Source of the DNA: Vicinamibacterales bacterium
GTDB taxonomy: Bacteria > Acidobacteriota > Vicinamibacteria > Vicinamibacterales > UBA8438
Reading direction: 5' to 3'
NCBI GenBank assembly: GCA_965202695.1
Contig: OZ241843.1
Coordinates: 826,254 to 890,253, forward strand
Length of the DNA: 64,000 bases
Each line of letters opens with the position of its first letter. The stretch's first letter is position 1. Shown one piece after another: positions 36,550 to 44,137 of this stretch. Below the pieces are notes generated by a model, which did no database searches, had not been told where the DNA came from, and saw nothing but the letters and a program-made list of their open reading frames with translations. A program made the position numbers and the translations under genes.

Positions 36550-38819
36550 TCGTCTTCCCCCATCTGGAACAAGGGGCGATTCCGCGACGTGTCGCTGTTG
36601 GAATTCTCCATCGCCTTCTTCAATCTGCGCACCGCGTGCTCCCTCGTGTCGGGTTGAAGCAGGCCCTGCAAGTCGGAGCACCGGACCGTGGTTCTCCAGC
36701 GGAGACGCGGACTGATCTGCAGGACGGGAGCGTAGACCCGGCAGATGTTGAATTCGACCGGCTGTGGATCGGAACCGTGCTTCGGCTTGAACGCCGGGAG
36801 ACCTTCCTTGGTCTGAAAAACCCCTTCCCGTTCGCCGACCGCAAGGACGCGTTTCAACGCCTTCATGGAGTCTTTTGCCAGTACTTCCGGGTCCGCGATC
36901 GTCAAGCGCGCCGCCTCCAGCTCGCTGGTGTGCCTGAGCAGCTTGTGCCGAAGACAGGCGCCAAGATCCAGCAAGAAGTACTTCAATTCTTCGCCGTGCC
37001 GCTCGACGTTGCGACTGAGCGTCGTGAGGTTGTCCTGGGAAACGATATGAACGGCTCTCGACTGCCGATCCGGCGGAAGAACGAGCGAGCCGGCCGGCGG
37101 AGACTCGGCGCCAAAGGTGAGGTGATAGCCGACGCTCAGGAATTCCTGGAAATAGCGGATTACCCCGGATCCCAGAAGCGCGAGCTCCTTGAAACCCGCG
37201 AACCGTTTCTCCTGTTGACGGCCGGACTTCGCGAGAAGGACTCGATAGAGCGCCGCTTGACCCCAGTAAGTTTTCTTCTCCCGTCGTTTTTCGTCCGGCA
37301 GGCTCTCGAATCGTTCAGGCGCGAGCTTGCTGAGCTTGGCCACTTCCGCGAGACACAGGGATGGATCCACCTCCGGGTCACCAAAGCCGGGCAGAAGTTC
37401 GTCCATGTCGAACGGCCGATCGTCGTCGAGCGTGACCATGTTCCTGACGATGTGCCGCAACAGCTCACGATAAGCCTTCTTCTGGTCCGCATCCTGCAGG
37501 TTGTAGACCAGAGGAACCCTCGTATAATCGTGAATCTCCTGCAACTCCTGACCGGTCGTCGTGGCCGGCGTATCTCCGCTCGCGAGTTTCTTGGCAATCT
37601 TGATCGAAAGATGTGGCGGACCGAGCTTGATCAGGCCGTTGACTATCCGTTGCTGGTAAGAAAACAGATTCTCGTATTCGTCGAGCAGAACGACGAACAT
37701 CGACGATTCGAGCGTGGGAACGGCTCTGCGCACCAGGAGCACGACGCGCTTGAATTGCTCCAGGTCGAACGTCGCCATCGGAACGGACGCCGCTTCCTGA
37801 TAGACGAACTTGCGCCGGATGAATTCCGCCAGTCGCTTGTGCGCACTCGACAGCTTTGCTTGCAGTTCCGCGAAGGAAACGATCCTGCCGTCCGTGGAGT
37901 CGAACAACAGCTCGTCCGCCGCTTCGCAAATACGTGGCTCGATATTCCTGCCGTACTCAATCAGATCATGCGTGACGCAGTACTCCAGTTCTGAAAACAG
38001 GCTTTCCGTCATTTGCAGCATCAGTTCCTGGGCTGCAACGTCCGTGAGGATGGCCTCGGCGGCCGAATCCAGGCGTTCGGCATCGAAACGGGCTCCAATG
38101 TTGCAAAGCGCCCCGCGAGTGAGCTTCAGGTAGAATCCGAAACGTCGGGGCGCCGTTTTTTCGGAAGGGCGCCGTTGCAGAAAGTTGCGCGCACGCAGAG
38201 ACAGCAGCAGCATCGACTTGCCGGTGCCCCGGGAGCCTTCGAGAATGCAGGGTGTCATTTCCTCCAGCGCGCCGATCTTGACGGTGTCCGGCGGCGCGAA
38301 CGTCTTGGCGTGAAGCTTCGGCTGTTTCTCGAAGTATTCCGCTCGAAGATGACGGAAAGGATTTCCTGAATCCGGCCTGAACGCCTCGGAGACCAGGGAC
38401 GACGCGGTCTGGTCGCTGAACAGCACCGCGCAGACCTCCTCGACCAGTTTCTTGACAGAATCCCGGTCGTCCGGTTCCAGCCGCCCGTACACCTTGGGTC
38501 CAAGTATCGGCGGCACAGGCGTGTCGTCCAGTCGGACGACGATGCACCGCCCGCCGTCGGCGGCGACCTCGTTCCAGACGGCGGCTTCGACTTCGAGATT
38601 CTGCCATCTTGCGGAACGAGTGTGCTCGGACAAGAGAATGATGATCGCGGCGGCGGCGCGGATCTCCTCGTTCATGAATGCGATGGCGCTGTCGCCAAGG
38701 CCGAGATCCTGCGTGTCGACCGTCGCCTCATGGCCCGCATTGCGGAGATGCTTCACCAGAGCGGTCGCGATGCCCGCGTCGGGGCCGGCGTGGGAAACGA
38801 AAATGCGTCTGATGCCCAT
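36546..38819 (-). CDS. TIR domain fused to a P-loop (ORC/Cdc6- or STAND-like) NTPase, 757 aa
   Basis: N-terminal IFVSHAGPD...IIILLSEHTRSARWQNLEVEAA is a TIR layout with the W-x3-E catalytic context. Walker A GSRGTGKS (aa 195-202), Walker B FVVLLDE (aa 375-381). Long helical C-terminal region. Confidence 0.8.
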   Translation of the reverse strand: MGIRRIFVSHAGPDAGIATALVKHLRNAGHEATVDTQDLGLGDSAIAFMNEEIRAAAAIIILLSEHTRSARWQNLEVEAAVWNEVAADGGRCIVVRLDDTPVPPILGPKVYGRLEPDDRDSVKKLVEEVCAVLFSDQTASSLVSEAFRPDSGNPFRHLRAEYFEKQPKLHAKTFAPPDTVKIGALEEMTPCILEGSRGTGKSMLLLSLRARNFLQRRPSEKTAPRRFGFYLKLTRGALCNIGARFDAERLDSAAEAILTDVAAQELMLQMTESLFSELEYCVTHDLIEYGRNIEPRICEAADELLFDSTDGRIVSFAELQAKLSSAHKRLAEFIRRKFVYQEAASVPMATFDLEQFKRVVLLVRRAVPTLESSMFVVLLDEYENLFSYQQRIVNGLIKLGPPHLSIKIAKKLASGDTPATTTGQELQEIHDYTRVPLVYNLQDADQKKAYRELLRHIVRNMVTLDDDRPFDMDELLPGFGDPEVDPSLCLAEVAKLSKLAPERFESLPDEKRREKKTYWGQAALYRVLLAKSGRQQEKRFAGFKELALLGSGVIRYFQEFLSVGYHLTFGAESPPAGSLVLPPDRQSRAVHIVSQDNLTTLSRNVERHGEELKYFLLDLGACLRHKLLRHTSELEAARLTIADPEVLAKDSMKALKRVLAVGEREGVFQTKEGLPAFKPKHGSDPQPVEFNICRVYAPVLQISPRLRWRTTVRCSDLQGLLQPDTREHAVRRLKKAMENSNSDTSRNRPLFQMGEDE

Positions 38820-38856
38820 TGGAGTTGTTAGAAATTCCCGTCTTGCGTGTTTTCCT

Positions 38857-41800
38857 TCACACCCGGAACACCTTCATCACCTCGTCGCCCAGGTGGTTGA
38901 TCACCTTCACGGCGATGCGGCCGGACGCGGGGCGGGGAAACGGGCGCGACGTGTCGCTGCGCAGGGTGGCCCACGCGTCGGGGTCGATCTCGGCCTTGAG
39001 CGTCGTGCGGAGCGCCTTGTACGGGTCGTTGGCGCCGAGGAAGTAGGCGTGGCGGACGAAGAAGCTCTCGTCGTTGTAGTCGGTGTCGATGAACCAGCAG
39101 GCGATGCCGTCGGGGCCGTCGCTGCGGACCTCGCCGGTGTTGGGGTGGAAGACGTCGACGCCGGCGATCCGGACCCGGATGCGGCCGGCGTCGGGCTTGT
39201 CGCCGCCGCCGGGCCTGTCGCCGCCGCCGGGCCTGTCGCTGGTGCCGGGCCTGTCGCCAGCGCCGGGCGTGTTGCCGGAGCCGGACTTGTCACCGGCGCC
39301 GGGGTCGCCGTGCGAATCGTCACCGTCGGCGGGCAGGATCTCGACGTCCGGCTCGCCGAAGACGACGAACAGGTTGCCCTTGCCGGTGTTCTTCAGCTCG
39401 CCGGCCATGTGCAGGTCGGCGTTCATGCGCGCCTTCAGCACGGGCAGGGCGCCGAGCCTGCTGAAGTCGGTGGTGTGCGGTTCGTAGTTGAAGGCGCAGG
39501 CGATCAGCACGTCGAAGCCGGCGTAGCCCGCTTCGCGCGCGGCGCGCACGAGGTCCTGCCGGCTCACCGTGCCGAACTCGGGGCCGACGAGGATGCCGGC
39601 ACGCCGCTCGGGGCCGTCGTCGTCCTCGCTTTCGACGTAGCGGCCCTGGGCGCAGATCAGGTGACCGGGCCAGGGGTCGAGCGCGGTGAAGCGGATGCGG
39701 TCGGCCTTGCGCGCCTGCTGCACGCCGGCGGTGGCGAGGTGGCCGAGCACCATCGCGGCGAAGTCTTCCGCCGACCCGTAGGCGGGGGCCTGCTCGGCGA
39801 CCCGGTCGATCAGCTCGTCGCGCTCGTCGAGGGCCAGCAGGCGGTGCGGCGACAGGCTTTCGACGGTGAACGGGCCGGCGACGCGCACCTTCTTTCGGTC
39901 GTCGTACGGCTTGTCGTAGAGGTATTCGACGTCGGCGCGCGCGGCGATGGAGGCGTCGATCTCCCGCTGCCGCGCGATGCGCGCCTCCCACCACCGGCGG
40001 TGCGCTTCGGCCGCGGCGGCCGGCCACGGGTCGCGCGGCCCGGCGGGGAGATCGGTCAGCGTGTAGCGGCGGTCGAGCGCGGCGTTGACGGCGCGCAGGG
40101 CGGCGGCGCGGTCGGCGTCGGTCCCGGCTGCTTCCAGACGCTTCCAGGCCGCGGCGGCCGCGGGGGGCCACGGCTCGCCGGCGTCGCGCGGGATCTCCCA
40201 CTCCCGCCACGACCGGCCGAGCGCGGCGTTCAGGTCGGCGCGGAGCGGCTCGAGCGTCTCCTGCCAGCGTTCCCAGATGACGTCGATCTCCGCGTTGTTG
40301 GCGATCGACTTGAGGGTGACGTGCGGCACGCGCTCGTAGACGAAGCCCTGCCGGACGTCGCCGCGCGTAGGCGCCTCGGACGGGGCCGCGCCGGTGATTT
40401 CGGCTTCCTTCCGCTGTCCCTCCGGGCTGTCGGCGAGCAGGTAGTAGGGGTAGCGCGCGCCCATGATGCGGGCGCGGGCGAGCGCGAGGGCGACGCGCGA
40501 CGTGTCGATGGTGATCCAGCGGCGGCCCCACTGCTCGGCGACGTAGGCGGTGGTGCCGGATCCGCAGGTGGGGTCGAGGACCAGGTCGCCGGGGTCGGTC
40601 GCGAGCAGGATGCAACGTTCGATGACCTTATTGCTTGTTTGAACTACATAGGTGAGTCCCGTGCCAAGTTGAACAGATTCCCATCTGTCATTTAGAGGAA
40701 CGACAGCAAAATCATCGATACGCCGGATGTATCTGATCGTTCGTCCACTAGAACGAACGCGTCCAGCAGCAGCAAGTCTCGTCAAACCTGCGAAGTTGGA
40801 TTTGGACGTTCCCTGGCCGGGCATGTATGCTACGCCTTGATAAACAAACTCAAGAAGATCTCCTTCTCCTTTCGGGCGAGCGCTCGTCAACGACGTAAGC
40901 TGACATCGTATAACCGCGCCAGCGGTTTCACCGTTTGATTCGTCATCGAGATCGCTTTTGTTCAATCTGCGAAGAGTGCCGTCTTGCGCAATAGCCATAT
41001 CGTAGCGTTCAAGTGTAGTACTCCCGGGTCTGCGTTCCGCATAAAGCCGGCGGTACTTCACTCGTTCAATATTCCTTGCGAAAACCAAAAGGTAGTCGAT
41101 GGTCTGCGGAACAAGTGTTTGATCCGTTGAACCCGTTTTTTGGAAACCTATTGTACCGACGTAATTGTCTCGTCCGAATACCTCATCCATCAGCGCCCGC
41201 ACCCGGTGGACGTTCTCGTCGCCGATCTGCACGAAGATGCTCCCGCTCTCCGTCAGCAGCTCCCGCGCCACGGTCAGCCGGTCGCGCAGGTAGGTCAGGT
41301 ACGAGTGAATCCCGTCGCGCCACGTGTCGCGGAACGCCTTCACCTGCTCGGGCTCACGGCTGATGTGCTCGGCCTTGCCGTCCTTGACGTCGCGGCTGGT
41401 GGTGGACCACTGGAAGTTGGAGTTGAACCGGATGCCGTAGGGCGGGTCGAGATAGATGCACTGCACCTTGCCGCGCAGCCCCTCGCGCTCGGCCAGCGAC
41501 GCCATCACCTGGAGGCTGTCGCCCAGGATCATCCGGTTCGACCAGTTGGCGTCGTGCCGGTAGAACTCGGTGCGGGCGTCGCCGGCGGGCAGGCCGTTGA
41601 AGTCGGCGAACAGGTCGGGCTGCCCGTCCCCGCCCCCGGCGCCCGCCTGCCGCGCGCGGGTCTCGCGCCGCAGGTCGTCGACGAGGACCTTCGGGTGCAC
41701 CTTCTCCTGGATGAAGAGCGGCGGGGCGGGCACGACGAGGTCGGACCAGTCCGCGAGGTCCTTGCCGCGCCAGACGAGCTGCGGGTCGAGGTCGCGGTTG

Positions 41801-41943
41801 CGGCGCTTCCAGGCGGTGCGGACCGGCTCCTGCTCGGCCGGGCCGAGGACCGGCTCGAACTCGGCGGTCGGGATGTTCCGGCGCGAGGCGGCGCCGTGGG
41901 TGAGGGTCTCGACCGTCCTGGGTTTCTTCGGTGTCCGCGCCAT
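38857..41943 (-). CDS. mod: Type III restriction-modification methyltransferase (Mod), beta-class N6-adenine MTase with long C-terminal extension
   Basis: ATG at 41943. IYLDPPYGIRFNSNF (motif IV) precedes VLDPTCGSGTTAYVA (motif I), with a divergent low-G+C TRD between them. The upstream part of the 1160-aa ORF overlaps vapC and is rejected. Confidence 0.85.
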   Translation of the reverse strand: MARTPKKPRTVETLTHGAASRRNIPTAEFEPVLGPAEQEPVRTAWKRRNRDLDPQLVWRGKDLADWSDLVVPAPPLFIQEKVHPKVLVDDLRRETRARQAGAGGGDGQPDLFADFNGLPAGDARTEFYRHDANWSNRMILGDSLQVMASLAEREGLRGKVQCIYLDPPYGIRFNSNFQWSTTSRDVKDGKAEHISREPEQVKAFRDTWRDGIHSYLTYLRDRLTVARELLTESGSIFVQIGDENVHRVRALMDEVFGRDNYVGTIGFQKTGSTDQTLVPQTIDYLLVFARNIERVKYRRLYAERRPGSTTLERYDMAIAQDGTLRRLNKSDLDDESNGETAGAVIRCQLTSLTSARPKGEGDLLEFVYQGVAYMPGQGTSKSNFAGLTRLAAAGRVRSSGRTIRYIRRIDDFAVVPLNDRWESVQLGTGLTYVVQTSNKVIERCILLATDPGDLVLDPTCGSGTTAYVAEQWGRRWITIDTSRVALALARARIMGARYPYYLLADSPEGQRKEAEITGAAPSEAPTRGDVRQGFVYERVPHVTLKSIANNAEIDVIWERWQETLEPLRADLNAALGRSWREWEIPRDAGEPWPPAAAAAWKRLEAAGTDADRAAALRAVNAALDRRYTLTDLPAGPRDPWPAAAAEAHRRWWEARIARQREIDASIAARADVEYLYDKPYDDRKKVRVAGPFTVESLSPHRLLALDERDELIDRVAEQAPAYGSAEDFAAMVLGHLATAGVQQARKADRIRFTALDPWPGHLICAQGRYVESEDDDGPERRAGILVGPEFGTVSRQDLVRAAREAGYAGFDVLIACAFNYEPHTTDFSRLGALPVLKARMNADLHMAGELKNTGKGNLFVVFGEPDVEILPADGDDSHGDPGAGDKSGSGNTPGAGDRPGTSDRPGGGDRPGGGDKPDAGRIRVRIAGVDVFHPNTGEVRSDGPDGIACWFIDTDYNDESFFVRHAYFLGANDPYKALRTTLKAEIDPDAWATLRSDTSRPFPRPASGRIAVKVINHLGDEVMKVFRV
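39193..39318 (-). repeat. Seven in-frame 18-bp tandem units inside mod (Gly/Asp/Pro-rich hexapeptides)
   Basis: Units of gggc(c/t)tgtcgcc(g/a)(c/g)cgcc encode GDPGAG-DKSGSG-NTPGAG-DRPGTS-DRPGGG-DRPGGG-DKPDAG. Confidence 0.8.
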
Positions 41944-41960
41944 GACTGCTGCGCTCTCGT

Positions 41961-42359
41961 TCACGTCTCCCATACCGTCTCGACGTGCGGGTAATCGAGA
42001 ATCCTCGCATCGGCCGTGACGACGGGCGCCGACAACCTGCGGGCTTCCGCGACGATGATCCGATCCGCCGGGTCGCGGTGGAACGGGACAGGCAATGCAT
42101 AGGCTTCTTCGACGGTCCCCAGTTCTACCGGCAGCACCGTCCAGCCGTTCGATTGCACGTGGCCCCGGAACCAGCGGCGCCAATGCCGATCGAGTTCGAT
42201 ACGCCCGCGCTCCGCGGCGCACGCGATCTCGGCGCAACTGATGGCGGAAACGCATACCTTCGTATCGGCCGTTTCCAGGATCGCGACGACCCGGTCGGGA
42301 AGCCGCTCGGGTTCGCTGACCGCCCAGATGATCGCGCAAGTGTCGAGTACGACCGTCAC
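41961..42359 (-). CDS. vapC: PIN-domain toxin VapC
   Basis: VVLDTCAIIW (first Asp), SAISCAEIA, HRDPADRIIVAEA and VVTADARIL are canonical PIN acidic-residue positions. 4-bp overlap with the upstream antitoxin. Confidence 0.85.
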   Translation of the reverse strand: MTVVLDTCAIIWAVSEPERLPDRVVAILETADTKVCVSAISCAEIACAAERGRIELDRHWRRWFRGHVQSNGWTVLPVELGTVEEAYALPVPFHRDPADRIIVAEARRLSAPVVTADARILDYPHVETVWET

Positions 42360-42604
42360 GACGGTTTCTTCCCCAGCATCTCCCAGTCGCCGAGCGGGAT
42401 CATGGGGTCGACCAGACTCTTCTTGACGACGACCGACCCCCTGCCGGAGCCGAGTACCGTCCGGTTGCGTTGATGGGCCGGGATCGGGACTACGCGGGCG
42501 AGAGGCGTGTTCCGTTTCCGGATCTCCAGCTCCTCTCCGTTCTGGACGGCGGCGAGGTACTCGCTCAAGTGGTTCTTGAACTCCGCGACGTTGGCTATCT
42601 TCAT
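42356..42604 (-). CDS. Phd/YefM-family antitoxin
   Basis: MKIANVAEFKNHLSEYLAAVQNGEELEIRKRNTPLARVVP is a Phd/YefM N-terminal fold signature. ATG at 42604. Confidence 0.75.
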   Translation of the reverse strand: MKIANVAEFKNHLSEYLAAVQNGEELEIRKRNTPLARVVPIPAHQRNRTVLGSGRGSVVVKKSLVDPMIPLGDWEMLGKKPS

Positions 42605-42663
42605 GGCCGCATTATAGGCCCTGTCCGAGCGGGGCCGTCCGGGCGCGGCGTTCGTCGCGGCTG

Positions 42664-42915
42664 TCACCGGTTACCCGCGCGTGGGTCGGAATCCGTGGCG
42701 GCCACGGGACGGAGCCGCGCCGCCGGAACCGTGGCCACCGCCGCCGTGCCGCCGTCAAGGGTCAGAAACTCCACCTCGAAGGCCCGGCCGTCGCGATAGA
42801 CGTGCACGATTGTGCCGACGTCTCCCGCCTTCAGGCGCAGGCCGGGAACGTCCTCCGTGAGCACGATGCGATCATGTTCTTCCAGCATCGCTCGTCCGGC
42901 CCGTGGCAGTTTCAT
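42664..42915 (-). CDS. DUF4926-domain protein
   Basis: HDRIVLTEDVPGLRLKAGDVGTIVHVYRDGRAFEVEF matches my recollection of DUF4926. An alternative start is at 42888. Confidence 0.55.
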   Translation of the reverse strand: MKLPRAGRAMLEEHDRIVLTEDVPGLRLKAGDVGTIVHVYRDGRAFEVEFLTLDGGTAAVATVPAARLRPVAATDSDPRAGNR

Positions 42916-42945
42916 GCGCTCCGGCGACCATCGGTGTCCGGGGCA

Positions 42946-43191
42946 TCAGGCCGCCCCGCCTTGCGTGAACTCGAAGACCGTCAGCGGAACGGACCGAACC
43001 GGCGCCGCGTCGCCATGCGCCATCCGCCGGACCCGCTCCGCGGTTTCGCGGCTGAGCGACTGCTCTCCGCACCGGACGCAGACACGCGCCGGAATGCGGC
43101 CGACCAGCACGTAGCGGTCGCCGACGCGAAAGACGTCGTCGACCAGATCGTCACGGCTCCGATCGGCGCCGCAGACCGGGCAGTCAGGCAT
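42946..43191 (-). CDS. YgiT-type zinc-finger protein (MqsA-N-like)
   Basis: CPVCG...(x27)...CVRCGE form two CxxC pairs with the typical YgiT spacing. Confidence 0.65.
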   Translation of the reverse strand: MPDCPVCGADRSRDDLVDDVFRVGDRYVLVGRIPARVCVRCGEQSLSRETAERVRRMAHGDAAPVRSVPLTVFEFTQGGAA

Positions 43192-43233
43192 GCTTGTCTC
43201 CGTCGGATGTAATCGACGTGTCCAGGAGGAACT

Positions 43234-43455
43234 TCACAACTCCACGTCCCGCGCGACGTCACGGGGCCGAATGAGGTCGACGCCCTCCAGCGGGCAGGCC
43301 GCGAGCAGAGCCTTGAAGCCGCGACCGGACGCGGCGCCGAACCGTTCGCGCAACGTAGCCCGCGCAGCAACCTCGCATTCCGGGTCGCGCAACGGCGCGG
43401 CTACCGTGCGAACGAGCTGGTCCTTGTAGGTTGTTCTGGCAGGCATGGTCGTCAT
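43234..43455 (-). CDS. Hypothetical small protein (73 aa)
   Basis: ORF sits in the position where a toxin would follow the upstream antitoxin, but it has no PIN features. The C-terminus LEGVDLIRPRDVARDVEL looks antitoxin-tail-like. Confidence 0.3.
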   Translation of the reverse strand: MTTMPARTTYKDQLVRTVAAPLRDPECEVAARATLRERFGAASGRGFKALLAACPLEGVDLIRPRDVARDVEL

Positions 43456-43458
43456 CCC

Positions 43459-43905
43459 TCACTCTGGCCCGGCATCATCCCAGTCGCCGGGCGGGATCAG
43501 AGGGTCCACCAGACTCGTCCTGACGATCACCGAACCTCGGCCGGAGCCGAGCACCGTCCGATTGCGTCGGACGGCGCGGGCGTCCGGCGCGTTCCGGTTC
43601 CGGATCTCCGGCTCCTCTCTGTTCCCGAAACCAAGCTCGTCGGCCGGGTCGAGCGGTTCCAGCGTATCGTCCACGTCAGGGAACTCGTCGGGTAGCGGCG
43701 GCAGACGCGCGAGCAGGTCGAGCAGGCGGCCCTTCCCGACCGGTTCGATGACCAAGCGGTCCCCGTCGCGCCAGATGACGGCTTCCGCGCCGTCGATCTC
43801 GAAGTCGCGGGGAATGCGCACCGCCTGACTGCGCCCGCTCCTGAACAACCGTACGCGGCGCACTGCTTCCGGTTCGTCCCGGGACTTCCGCATACCTCGA
43901 ATCAT
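43459..43905 (-). CDS. Chimeric antitoxin: AbrB/MazE/SpoVT-type VapB N-terminus + Phd-type C-terminal tail
   Basis: GGAGG RBS 8 nt before the ATG at 43905. RLFRSGRSQAVRIPRDFEIDGAEAVIWRDGDRLVIEPV is the AbrB swapped-hairpin. The tail RNRTVLGSGRGSVIVRTSLVDPLIPPGDW is near-identical to the tail of the 42356-42604 antitoxin. Confidence 0.65.
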   Translation of the reverse strand: MIRGMRKSRDEPEAVRRVRLFRSGRSQAVRIPRDFEIDGAEAVIWRDGDRLVIEPVGKGRLLDLLARLPPLPDEFPDVDDTLEPLDPADELGFGNREEPEIRNRNAPDARAVRRNRTVLGSGRGSVIVRTSLVDPLIPPGDWDDAGPE

Positions 43906-44137
43906 ATGCCGGCCTCCGTCTCGCACCAAAACCGACGCGGCAGAACGTTGCCTGCGATCCTCGATCGTCCGGCTCGTCACCACCGAGACGACGGACGCAC
44001 CAAACCGACGCGGCAGGGAACGTTGCCTGCGATTCGGGGCATGGTGACGGCTCCGCGCCGGCCGCGAGGAATCCACGGTTCCGCGCCGCGCCGCCGCCGA
44101 TCATCGGGTACGATGCGGAAGACGGTGTGATTCCGCC

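Noticed and set aside
41944-42339. N-terminal extension of mod suggested by the 1,160-aa ORF
   Set aside because: The extension overlaps the well-supported vapC gene in another frame and is Arg-rich. The conserved Mod-like sequence begins at MARTPKKPRTVETL (ATG at 41943).
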